57,044 bases of DNA from Archangiaceae bacterium (GTDB lineage Bacteria; Myxococcota; Myxococcia; Myxococcales; Myxococcaceae). The DNA lies in contig JAYVCD010000415.1 in the NCBI GenBank assembly GCA_043750125.1, positions 1 through 57,044 on the forward strand. The letters are read 5' to 3'. This document shows positions 9,036 to 17,869 of this stretch, piece by piece. Position 1 is the first letter of the stretch. The number at the start of each line of letters is the position of its first letter. The notes under the pieces are model-generated. The model was given only the letters and a program-made list of their open reading frames with translations, was not told where the DNA came from and searched no databases. A program made the position numbers and the translations under genes.

Positions 9036-10159
9036 GTGACGGGCAGCTGGACCTGGTGTTGGTAGGAGGCGGGCTCGCCAACGGGCTGCTCGCCGACCGC
9101 CTGAAGGCGACCCGACCCGAGGTTTCGTTCGTGCTCCTCGAGGCCGGACCCTCTCTGGGCGCAAACCACACCTGGAGCTTTCACGGCACCGACGTGAGTG
9201 CGGGTCAGCGGGCGTGGCTCGAGCCGATGTGCTCGATGAACTGGCACAGCCACGAGGTGCTGCTGCCGGGCGTGAAGCGGACGCTGGGTGGGGGCTACCA
9301 CTCGATTCGATCTTCGGACTTCGATCGCCACCTGCGCGAAGAGCTCGCCGACCGGGTGCGGACCCGAAGCCCGGTGGCGAGCGTTGGCGCGACCCACGTG
9401 GTGCTCGCGACCGGCGAGCGGCTCGAGGCGAAGGCGGTGATCGACGGCCGCGGCACCAATTTCGAGTTTCCCTGCGGCTATCAGAAGTTTCTGGGCCAGG
9501 ACCTGGTGCTCGAGCAACCGCACGGGCTGACCCAGCCGCTGTTGATGGACGCCACGGTGGAGCAGCTGGACGGGTACCGGTTCATCTACGTGCTCCCGTG
9601 GAGCGATCGCCACGTGCTGGTGGAAGACACCTACTACTCGGACACGGCCGACCTGAATCTGCCCGCGCTGCGCGAGCGAATCGCGGCCTGGGTGACTGCG
9701 CGCGGTTGGAAGGTGTCGCAGGTGGTCCGGGAAGAAGCGGCGTCGCTGCCGATACCGGTGGCGGGTGAGGCGCCCCGTTTTGATCGTCCGGTGGTTGGGG
9801 TGGCGGCGGGGCTGTTTCACGCGACCACCGGCTACTCGTTGTCGATTGCCGCCGAGATCGCCGAGCGCATCTGTCAGTCGAAAGACCTGTCGGCCCCCGC
9901 GCTGACGGCCTTGCTGGGCGAGCTGTCTCGTCGCCACTGGGAAAGCCAGGGCTTCTTCCGGGTGCTGAACAAGATGATGTTTCGCGGCGCGAAGCCGGCC
10001 GAGCGGGTGAGAATCTTTTCGGCTTTCTACCAGCACGACGAAGGGGTGATTTCGCGCTTCTACGCCGGGAAGCTGAGCCTCAAGGACAAGCTCGTCGCGA
10101 TGCGGCGGGGAATCGGGACGATGCCCGCGCTCGACGCGCTCAAGGCCGCGCTCAGCTAG
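9032..10159 (+). CDS. crtY: Lycopene beta-cyclase
   Basis: LVGGGLANGL, NHTWSFH, YQKFLG, MDATVEQLDGYRFIYVLP, EDTYYSD, FHATTGYSL, FYAG; TTG start overlaps the upstream stop (TTGA). Confidence 0.9.
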   Translation: MSDGQLDLVLVGGGLANGLLADRLKATRPEVSFVLLEAGPSLGANHTWSFHGTDVSAGQRAWLEPMCSMNWHSHEVLLPGVKRTLGGGYHSIRSSDFDRHLREELADRVRTRSPVASVGATHVVLATGERLEAKAVIDGRGTNFEFPCGYQKFLGQDLVLEQPHGLTQPLLMDATVEQLDGYRFIYVLPWSDRHVLVEDTYYSDTADLNLPALRERIAAWVTARGWKVSQVVREEAASLPIPVAGEAPRFDRPVVGVAAGLFHATTGYSLSIAAEIAERICQSKDLSAPALTALLGELSRRHWESQGFFRVLNKMMFRGAKPAERVRIFSAFYQHDEGVISRFYAGKLSLKDKLVAMRRGIGTMPALDALKAALS

Positions 10160-10351
10160 CCCACAGCTGGCCCAGAAGGCAACCTCGTCGGCCCGAGCTC
10201 AGAGGCCCGGTCTTCACACAACTCCGCACACCCGGCGGTGGGGTGCGCAACCGGCTGCGCAGGCCTCCGCTATCTATGTCGTGAACGAGTACTCTGCTGC
10301 GACCCGGGCGCCGACCTAGCCCTTCCTTTTTGCGGCCCGAGGTGACAACCG

Positions 10352-11365
10352 ATGAAGCGCCTCACGTGGTTCCTGGCGGTGACGTTGAGCGCTTGTTCCG
10401 CACTTCCTGAACCCACCGTCGATGGCGGCACTGCCAGGGACAGTGGGGCTGCGGATGCGGCGATCGCCGACGCGGGGCAGGTCGACGCAGGGGAAATCGA
10501 TGCCGGACCGCTGGACGCAGGCGAAGTCGATGCGGGGGTGGCGGACGCGGGGAAAGCGGACGCAGGCACAGACGGTGGCGTGCGCCCCGACTCGGGGATC
10601 CCCAGCGACGGCGGCGCGTTCTCGACCGATCGCACCTTGTTCTTTGGCAGCCCACGCTGCGCGGGTGGAGGCTTTGCACTGTGCGAGGACTTCGAGTCCG
10701 GAGTCATCAACCCGGCGATCTGGACGGTGATCGGCGCCCCTTCAGTCGCGGTGGGGACGGCAGAACACGCACGGGGAGCGCGCGCCCTGCACATCACCAA
10801 GACCGCCAACGGCGCGGCGTACATTCGCGAGACGATGACGTTTCCCGCGGTGAACAACAGCTACTACGGACGGGCGTTCATGAAGTTTGTGTCGATGCCC
10901 GCGCGGCCGATGACCTACTCGCATTGGACGGTACTCGCCGCGTCCGGAAACATCGTCAAAGGAGAGATTCGGGTCGGTGGACAGCTGCCCACCAACGTCG
11001 CGGCCCGGCAGCTGTTCGGGGTCGGCACCGACAACCGGACCCAGGACGCAGGCACCGGAGACTGGACGACTTCCGACGCAGACCCGACCGGCAACGCGCG
11101 CGAAGTTCCGCTCAACGAGTGGCTCTGCATCGAATGGCTGCACCAGGGCAGCACCAACGAAACGCGCTTCTGGTGGGACGCGGTCGAGCACCCTTCCCTG
11201 CACACCACGCCGGCCAAGCACGGCGGCAACTCGAACCCGTTCATTCTTCCGCAGTTCACCAACCTGTGGATCGGGTGGCAGGAGTACCAGCCGTCGACCG
11301 AGACGTTCGAGATGTGGGTCGATGAAATCGCAATCGATGAAGCCCGGGTCGGCTGCGTTCGGTAG
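10352..11365 (+). CDS. Lipoprotein with DAG-repeat linker and a Cip1/polysaccharide-lyase-like beta-sandwich domain
   Basis: Lipobox LSAC; DAG pentapeptide repeats; LCEDFESG, WLCIEW and WVDEIAID...RVGC pattern. Confidence 0.7.
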   Translation: MKRLTWFLAVTLSACSALPEPTVDGGTARDSGAADAAIADAGQVDAGEIDAGPLDAGEVDAGVADAGKADAGTDGGVRPDSGIPSDGGAFSTDRTLFFGSPRCAGGGFALCEDFESGVINPAIWTVIGAPSVAVGTAEHARGARALHITKTANGAAYIRETMTFPAVNNSYYGRAFMKFVSMPARPMTYSHWTVLAASGNIVKGEIRVGGQLPTNVAARQLFGVGTDNRTQDAGTGDWTTSDADPTGNAREVPLNEWLCIEWLHQGSTNETRFWWDAVEHPSLHTTPAKHGGNSNPFILPQFTNLWIGWQEYQPSTETFEMWVDEIAIDEARVGCVR

Positions 11366-11379
11366 CGGGACGGCGCGGG

Positions 11380-12048
11380 TCAGCCGACGACCATCGCCCC
11401 CAGCGAGCGGCTGACCGCGATGAAGTGGCAGACCGCCGCGGCGATCACCAACGCGTGAAAGACCTCGTGGTACCCGAACACCATCGGCCAGGGGTCGGGG
11501 CGCTTGACCGCGTAGACCAGGGCGCCCAACGAATAGAGGACGCCGCCGAGCCCCATCCACAGCACCGAGGCGAGCCCAATCGTGTGCAGCAACGGCGCGG
11601 CGTAGAAGATCGCCAGCCACCCCACCGAAACCGCCAGCACCGCCACGATCCACTTTGGGCCGTGGACCCAGAAGAGGGCCTTGAGCACGCCGAGGGCAGC
11701 TCCGGTCCACGCGACGGCGAGCATTCGAAACGTCGACTGCGGGTCGAGGGTGAACGCCAGAGGGGTGTACGTGCCCGCGATGAGCACGAAGATCGCCGAG
11801 TGGTCGAGCCGCCGCATTCGCTGGCGCGCGGCCGGAGTGCTCCACGTCACCCGGTGGTACAGCGCGCTCACCCCCAGCAACAGGCACAGACTGGCCGCGT
11901 AGACCCCGCACGCAATCTTCGCCGTCGGGCCCTGCGCCGCCCAGACCAGCGCGATGCCGGAAAACAGTGCGACGAACACCGCCACCGCGTGCGACCACCC
12001 GCGCAGCTTCGGCTTGAGGGGAGCATCCGGGGACGCGAGCGAGGCCAT
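11380..12048 (-). CDS. Hemolysin III / PAQR-family membrane protein
   Basis: KPKLRGWSH, SALYH, RRLDHSAIFVLIAGTYTP, FGYHEVFH, CHF motifs. Confidence 0.92.
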   Translation of the reverse strand: MASLASPDAPLKPKLRGWSHAVAVFVALFSGIALVWAAQGPTAKIACGVYAASLCLLLGVSALYHRVTWSTPAARQRMRRLDHSAIFVLIAGTYTPLAFTLDPQSTFRMLAVAWTGAALGVLKALFWVHGPKWIVAVLAVSVGWLAIFYAAPLLHTIGLASVLWMGLGGVLYSLGALVYAVKRPDPWPMVFGYHEVFHALVIAAAVCHFIAVSRSLGAMVVG

Positions 12049-12129
12049 TGGGTGCCCTCCTGCCTAGCGTTGCTCGCAGAGTCCAGCCCCGATGCTCGCC
12101 TCAAAGGACTTACGAGTGGGCGAGGCTCG

Positions 12130-12281
12130 GCGTCCACCGAAGAAGTCGGCTTCCCGCGCGAGAGCGAAAAGAAAAACGTTCCATCGTTGGCGACGAAGAC
12201 TTCGGCTTCGGCCCGGGCAGAGAGCAGCAACACACAACCCACCACGAGGACTGCACGGCAGATGACGTTGGGATATTGCAT
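12130..12281 (-). pseudogene. Truncated paralog of the adjacent secreted protein
   Basis: Signal peptide then AEVFVANDGTFFFSLSRG, resembling AEVFTGRGGLHFSLSRG of 12319..12945; the frame then degenerates and runs into the PAQR gene. The end coordinate is approximate. Confidence 0.45.
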
Positions 12282-12318
12282 CGCCCTTGCCGACGGGTTT
12301 CTTGCGCCAGGCGCCTGG

Positions 12319-12945
12319 CTACCGAACGGCGACGTTCACTTGTTGCTCGTACTTCACCTCGTACACCACGTGACCGCGGCTGAACCGGAAGATGAGACCG
12401 TCCGAGTTGAGGGTGTACGCGCCCCGGCCCCACTGGCCCGGCGTTCCGTCCAGGGTGACTCCGCCTTCGTCGTACTTGTACTTGCCCCGCACCCGGCCGA
12501 ACAAATAGGTGCCGTTGGCGAACAGCACGAGCTGGGAAAACGTGGGGTGGGCCTGGGCGCCGTCGATGGTGACTGCCACCGCATTGAAGACGCGGTCCGT
12601 TTTCGCCATTCGACGGGGCGCGCGAATGATCTCGACCGAGACGACCTGGTCCAAGGCGGTGCGAATCCACATTCGCCACTTTCCACCCGCGGCGTCTTTG
12701 AGGTCATACGGCTCCCCCAGCGCGGTGACTTCTTGAGCCTCGTAATTTCCGCCCCGGCTCGAGCGCTTGACTCCGTACTTCGCCAACACCCCGGTCGAGG
12801 TGACCTCGAGATCCGAATCTTCTGGGCTGCTGACCGAACCGCGCGAGAGCGAAAAGTGGAGCCCGCCTCGACCGGTGAACACTTCCGCCGCGGCCGAAGT
12901 GGAGAGCAGCAACAACGAACAGAGCAGCGAAAGAGAGAGGCGCAT
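12319..12945 (-). CDS. Secreted hypothetical protein (beta-rich)
   Basis: ATG at 12945 gives signal peptide MRLSLSLLCSLLLLSTSAAA. Confidence 0.75.
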   Translation of the reverse strand: MRLSLSLLCSLLLLSTSAAAEVFTGRGGLHFSLSRGSVSSPEDSDLEVTSTGVLAKYGVKRSSRGGNYEAQEVTALGEPYDLKDAAGGKWRMWIRTALDQVVSVEIIRAPRRMAKTDRVFNAVAVTIDGAQAHPTFSQLVLFANGTYLFGRVRGKYKYDEGGVTLDGTPGQWGRGAYTLNSDGLIFRFSRGHVVYEVKYEQQVNVAVR

Positions 12946-12960
12946 GGCAGCGACGGTCAG

Positions 12961-12976
12961 TGCAATGCCTCGGCCG
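12961..12976 (-). promoter_or_regulatory. Candidate sigma54 promoter
   Basis: Minus strand CGGCCGAGGCATTGCA (GG-N10-GC, TTGC) just upstream of ATG 12945. Confidence 0.5.
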
Positions 12977-13039
12977 TAGGTCAAACCCCTACACTCCCGC
13001 TTGCGCCCACGGCGGTGAATGGCGGATGACCCGTCACCG

Positions 13040-14593
13040 ATGCGGCGCTTTGTCTCAATCGTGGCGGTGGTGCTGGGAGCGTGCGATCGCTCTTTGCCTC
13101 CCTCGCCTCCGGAACCGATTGCGCCTTCCTGCCTCAGCCCTTCACTGCAGCCGACCGCGCTGCGCCGGCTGACCCGGGCGGAATACGACGCCACGGTGAG
13201 AGATTTGCTCGGCGATGGGTCTGCGCCGGCCCGCGCATTTCCACCGGACGAAGAGTCTCAAGGGTTCGACAACTTCGCCGAGACCCAGAGCGTCTCGCCC
13301 CTGCTCGCCGAGGGCTATCTGTCCGCGGCCGAGACGCTTTCGACCACCGTGAATCTGGGGACGCTGGCGGGTTGCGATCTGGCGGTGAGCGCAGAGCCCC
13401 AATGCCTGCAGAAGCTGCTCTCAGGTTTTGGCCGGCGCGCGTTTCGGCGCCCGCTCGAGCCCGACGAAGCGCAACGCCTGACCGCGGTGTTCACGGCGGT
13501 GCGAGCGCAAGACGATGCCGAGGCGGCGATGCGGGCCGTGGTGGCGGTGGTGCTGCAGTCGCCCCAATTCCTATATCGCTTCGAGAGCGCACCGCTGACG
13601 AACTTCGAGCTCGCTTCGCGGCTGTCGTACTTCTTGTGGGGCTCGCAGCCCGATGACCTGCTGCTCGACGCCGCCGAACAGGGCCCGCTGGACCTTGCCG
13701 CCCAGGCCCGGCGGCTGCTGGCGGACCCGCGGGCCCGGCAGGTCGTGCGCCGCTTTCACCTGCAGTGGCTCGGAATTTCCGCGCTCGAGACGAAGAACAA
13801 AGACCCCCAGCGGTTCCCGACGTTCCCCACCCTCGCCCCCCTGATGAAGGAAGAGACCGCCCGTCTGGCCGAGTGGACGGTCTTCGATGGAAATGGAGAT
13901 GCGCGCCGCCTCTTCGATGGCCACACCACCTTTCTCAACCAACCGCTCGCCGAGCACTACGGCTTGACCGGAATCGAGGGCGAGGGCTTCGTGAAGGTCG
14001 ACACCGAACGCACCGCGAGGGTGGGCGTGCTCACCCAGGCCTCGGTGCTCTCGGCGTGGGCGAAGTACGACCAGAGCTCTCCGGTGTTGCGCGGGAAGTT
14101 CGTTCGCGAGCGCCTGCTCTGTCAGAACCTGAAGCCACCGCCCGGAAATGTGGTCGCGATGATTGGCATTCCAGACGCCGGCACCACCCGCGAGCGCTTC
14201 GCCGCCCACGCAAGCCAGGTGCAGTGCAGCGGCTGCCACCAACGGATGGATCCCATCGGCTTCGGGCTCGAGAAATACGACCCGGTCGGCGCCTACCGGT
14301 CGACCGAGAACGGGGTGAAGGTCGATGCGCACGGCGAAGTCATCGCGGGCGGCGACATCGATGGGACCTTCGACGGAGCCCTCGAGCTGTCGAGCCGACT
14401 GGCCGGCAGCCGCGACGTGAAGAACTGCCTCGCGCTGCAGTGGTTTCGATTTGCGTTCGGACGCACCGAGACCGCCGGCGACGCGTGCAGCCTCGCGCAG
14501 GCGCAACAGGCCTTCGAGGCCAGCGGCTGGAATACCCGCGAGCTGCTGATTGCCCTGACCCAGACCGAGGCCTTCACCCGGAGCATCCGATGA
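13040..14593 (+). CDS. DUF1587/1595/1592/1588/1585 domain lipoprotein with a CxxCH motif
   Basis: LRRLTRAEYDATVRDLLG, LQSPQFLYR, ELASRLSYFLW, SPVLRGKFV, CSGCH...DPIGFGLEKYD. Confidence 0.88.
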   Translation: MRRFVSIVAVVLGACDRSLPPSPPEPIAPSCLSPSLQPTALRRLTRAEYDATVRDLLGDGSAPARAFPPDEESQGFDNFAETQSVSPLLAEGYLSAAETLSTTVNLGTLAGCDLAVSAEPQCLQKLLSGFGRRAFRRPLEPDEAQRLTAVFTAVRAQDDAEAAMRAVVAVVLQSPQFLYRFESAPLTNFELASRLSYFLWGSQPDDLLLDAAEQGPLDLAAQARRLLADPRARQVVRRFHLQWLGISALETKNKDPQRFPTFPTLAPLMKEETARLAEWTVFDGNGDARRLFDGHTTFLNQPLAEHYGLTGIEGEGFVKVDTERTARVGVLTQASVLSAWAKYDQSSPVLRGKFVRERLLCQNLKPPPGNVVAMIGIPDAGTTRERFAAHASQVQCSGCHQRMDPIGFGLEKYDPVGAYRSTENGVKVDAHGEVIAGGDIDGTFDGALELSSRLAGSRDVKNCLALQWFRFAFGRTETAGDACSLAQAQQAFEASGWNTRELLIALTQTEAFTRSIR

Positions 14594-15885
14594 AGCTCTC
14601 GCGTCGCACCTTGCTGCGCACCACCGCCGCAGCCGCCCTCGCGCTGCCCTGGCTCGAGGCGTTCGGCCAGCCCGCGATTCCGAAGCGGTTGGTGTTGTTC
14701 TTCACTCCCAATGGCACCGTCTACCCCCGGTGGGCTGCGACCCAGAGCGCCGCGGGGCTGCAGCTGTCACCGATTCTCGCGCCGCTGGAAGCGCACAAAT
14801 CGAAGCTGCTGGTGCTGGGGAATCTCGATGTGAAGAGCGCCGAGTTCGGCCCCGGTGATGGTCACGGGAAAGGCATCGGTCACCTCTGGACCGGAACCGA
14901 GATGTGGGGCAATGACGCGCCCGGAAGTGTGTGGTGGGCAGGAGGGCCTTCGGTGGACCAGGTCGCGGCTGACGCGATTGGGCTGACGACTCCGCTGCGT
15001 TCGTTGGAACTCGGAGTTCAAGTGCAGGCCGCCCGGGTGTGGGACCGGATGAGCTACCGGGGCCGCGCGCAGCCCTTGCCTCCCGAGCTCGATCCGCGCG
15101 TGGCGTTTGATCGACTGTTCGCGGCCGTGGACCCCGATGCCCAGGCCGCGGCACGTCGGCGGGCGCGGCGCAAATCGATTCTCGATGGGGTTCTGGGCGA
15201 GATGAAGGCGATGCAGCCGAAGGTCAGTGGCAACGACCGGGCGCGGCTCGACTCGCATTTCACCAGCCTGCGCGAGCTCGAGCGGCGCATCGAGGCCTCG
15301 GCCACCGCCGCGCCTTCGTGTGTCCGCCCCCCTGCCCCGGGACCCTTGAACCTGGTCGACCCCGCGCTCTTCGAGCAGCTGGGCCGCGCCCAGATGGACC
15401 TGCTCGCAATGGCGATCGCCTGCGATCTGACCCGGGTCGCCAGCCTGCAGTACTCGTCGGCGACCAGCGCGGTGATCTTCGGCTGGCTGGGCTGCACCGA
15501 GGACCACCACGAGCTCTCTCACCGGGCCGACGACGATCTTCCCGCCCAGAAGCAGCTCGAACGGATTCACAACTGGTACGCCGCCCAGTTTGCCTATCTG
15601 CTCGGCCGGCTCGACGCGCTCGACGAAACCACCGGCTCGGTGCTCGACCATTCCCTCGTCGTGTGGGGCAACGAGCTGGGCAAGGGCAACACCCATTCCC
15701 ATACCCAGGTGCCCTTCGTCCTCGCCGGCGGGGCAGGTGGGGTGTTGAGAACCGGGCGTTTCGTCGATGCCCAGGGGGCGGCGCACAACGACTTGCTGGT
15801 CTCGGTGCTCAACGCGGTGGGAGTCCCGGCGACCACCTTTGGAAATCCGGCGTACTGCAGCGGACCCCTTCCCGGTTTGACGTAG
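14590..15885 (+). CDS. DUF1552 family protein (Tat signal)
   Basis: MKLSRRTLLR, LPWLE, PKRLVLFFTPNG, SVDQ, HHELSH, GNTH; ATGA overlap with the DUF1592 gene. Confidence 0.88.
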   Translation: MKLSRRTLLRTTAAAALALPWLEAFGQPAIPKRLVLFFTPNGTVYPRWAATQSAAGLQLSPILAPLEAHKSKLLVLGNLDVKSAEFGPGDGHGKGIGHLWTGTEMWGNDAPGSVWWAGGPSVDQVAADAIGLTTPLRSLELGVQVQAARVWDRMSYRGRAQPLPPELDPRVAFDRLFAAVDPDAQAAARRRARRKSILDGVLGEMKAMQPKVSGNDRARLDSHFTSLRELERRIEASATAAPSCVRPPAPGPLNLVDPALFEQLGRAQMDLLAMAIACDLTRVASLQYSSATSAVIFGWLGCTEDHHELSHRADDDLPAQKQLERIHNWYAAQFAYLLGRLDALDETTGSVLDHSLVVWGNELGKGNTHSHTQVPFVLAGGAGGVLRTGRFVDAQGAAHNDLLVSVLNAVGVPATTFGNPAYCSGPLPGLT

Positions 15886-16014
15886 CGCGCTATTCGAGCC
15901 GCGCGCGGTCTCGAAGCGCGACAAGATTACTGCCGTGGGCCTGGGGTCCAGTCGCCCCCCCCCGCCGTTCAGCTCGCGCTGAAGTCTTTCCTCAGTGCGC
16001 GACGGCCTTCCTCA

Positions 16015-16608
16015 TTATTGGAACGGGTCGTCGCGCACGGGCAGGCCCAGCGCACCGGGCAGCTCGTAGTGCCACCACTCCATCGGGTTCCGCTTGAAGC
16101 CCGCCCCTTCCATCGCCTCGAGCAAGACGGTGCGATGCAGGGTGGCCGCGGGCGTACCGCCGTCGTACTTGTGGTGCGCGGCCCGGGTGAAGTTGTCATA
16201 CGCAGTCGGCATCTCCACCGACCCTGCGTCGGGCATCGCCAGGGTCAGGTCGACCGCCGCGCCCCGATTGTGAAGGCTGCCTTTCTTGTTGGGGTCCGCG
16301 ACGTAGCCCGGCTTGGGAAACACCTTCCACAGCTCGAACTGCACCGACAGCGGGCGATAGCAATCCCAGACCTTCAGCCGGTAGCCCTTCGCCTTCAGCA
16401 CCTTCGCCGCGGCCTGCAGTCGGGTCGCGGCGGACTTGAGCAACAGGCAGCGGGCGCTGTCGGGGTAGACCTTCAGCTTCATGAAGTTGTCGGCGGTGGC
16501 GTAGCGCAGGTCCACCACCAGGTCCGGGACCCACTGCGTCGCTTCCACCAGCGGCTCGGGCGGGGGGGCCGCGGCCAGGGCCAGCGAAAGCAGCGCGGCC
16601 AGGCTCAA
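16015..16608 (-). CDS. ddpX: D-alanyl-D-alanine dipeptidase (M15D, VanX/DdpX family), secreted
   Basis: [34 protein letters not shown] start overlaps the queC stop. Confidence 0.85.
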   Translation of the reverse strand: MSLAALLSLALAAAPPPEPLVEATQWVPDLVVDLRYATADNFMKLKVYPDSARCLLLKSAATRLQAAAKVLKAKGYRLKVWDCYRPLSVQFELWKVFPKPGYVADPNKKGSLHNRGAAVDLTLAMPDAGSVEMPTAYDNFTRAAHHKYDGGTPAATLHRTVLLEAMEGAGFKRNPMEWWHYELPGALGLPVRDDPFQ

Positions 16609-17291
16609 CGCACGTACCGGGTGGGGTCCTTCACTTCTGCATCGGCAAAGCCTTTGCGGCGCAGCTGGCAGCTGTCGCATCGGCCGCACGCCAGGTCCCC
16701 GACCGGGTCGTAGCAAGAGTGGGTGAGCGCGTAGTCGACTCCGGCGGCGAGCCCGGCGCGAATGATGTCCGCCTTCGTCATCGCCGACAGGGGGGCGTGA
16801 ATGGTGAAGCGCGCGCCCTGCACTCCGGCTTTGGTCGCAAGCTGCGCGAGGGCCTCGAAGGCGCGAATGAATTCTGGGCGGCAGTCGGGGTAGCCGCTGT
16901 AGTCGACCGCGTTGACCCCGATGAAGATGTCGGTGGCTCCCACCACTTCGGCCAGGCCCAGGGCCAAAGAAAGAAAGACGGTGTTGCGCGCCGGCACGTA
17001 GGTGCTGGGAATTTCGGCCGCCATTCCCTTCTCGTCGCGATCCTTGGGGACTTCGATGTCCGCGGTGAGCGCGCTGCCGCCGATGTCCCGCAGGGACAGC
17101 GACACAATCCGGAAGTCGGTGACGCCCATCGAAGTCGCCACGGCGCGGGCCCGTTCCAGCTCGATCGAATGACGCTGGCCGTAGGAAATCGCCAGGCAGA
17201 CCGGCGCAAACCCCTGCTGTTGGGCCAGCGCCAGACAGGTCGTCGAATCGAGCCCGCCCGACAACAGCACCACCGCCTTCTTGAGGCTCAC
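16605..17291 (-). CDS. queC: 7-cyano-7-deazaguanine synthase
   Basis: [31 protein letters not shown]...CGRCDSC. Confidence 0.96.
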   Translation of the reverse strand: MSLKKAVVLLSGGLDSTTCLALAQQQGFAPVCLAISYGQRHSIELERARAVATSMGVTDFRIVSLSLRDIGGSALTADIEVPKDRDEKGMAAEIPSTYVPARNTVFLSLALGLAEVVGATDIFIGVNAVDYSGYPDCRPEFIRAFEALAQLATKAGVQGARFTIHAPLSAMTKADIIRAGLAAGVDYALTHSCYDPVGDLACGRCDSCQLRRKGFADAEVKDPTRYVR

Positions 17292-17869
17292 TTTCGCTCT
17301 CCGACCAATTGGTATTTCAGCACGCAGGCGCAGGCGGGATCACACGTGCCGTCGCCGGTGATTTCCTCGTACAGGTCTCCGCACGCGCGCACCGCGTCGA
17401 AGCCGGTCTGGGTGCTGCCCGGAAGGGTGACTCCGGAATCCGGGGAAGGAACCCCTCCATCGAGCGGGTTGGGCGGACAGCGATCTCCGACCGCCGAGCT
17501 CTGTGACTTCGAGAGCAGCGCGATCGACAGCGTCTCGATCACCCGCATCTGGCAGGGCGCGCACGAGCCCCCGTCGGGCAGCTTGAACGTGCGCGGCGCC
17601 GCGTGGCTGGACGTCAAAATCTGGCCATCGAAGCCCGCGTCGCGCGAGATGCCATTGAGGGTGAGGAAGACCGGGCCCCCGTCGCGAAAGCGCGAGAGCG
17701 TTCCGGCGAAATCGAAGCCGGCGTTTGGAATGTCCGGCAGCCCACAGGCCAGCGACAGGGGCTCGGCCCGAAACTGGTACAGGCCCATGTTCTCGTCGCC
17801 CGGAGGCCCGTCGTCCGCCGGGCAACCGCACAGGCCGAAGACCGCGAGAATCAAGACCCGCCGACTCAT
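17288..17869 (-). CDS. Hypothetical lipoprotein
   Basis: Lipobox LCGC; overlaps both neighbours by 4 nt (operon). Confidence 0.75.
   Translation of the reverse strand: MSRRVLILAVFGLCGCPADDGPPGDENMGLYQFRAEPLSLACGLPDIPNAGFDFAGTLSRFRDGGPVFLTLNGISRDAGFDGQILTSSHAAPRTFKLPDGGSCAPCQMRVIETLSIALLSKSQSSAVGDRCPPNPLDGGVPSPDSGVTLPGSTQTGFDAVRACGDLYEEITGDGTCDPACACVLKYQLVGERK

Noticed and set aside
10420-10615. DAG pentapeptide repeats as a CRISPR or other DNA repeat
   Set aside because: Degenerate coding linker common to myxobacterial lipoproteins; no repeat-spacer structure and no cas genes.
16605-17291. queC as part of a Dpd/QatC-type defence or DNA-modification system
   Set aside because: Canonical length and motifs; no dpd, qat or other defence genes adjacent.
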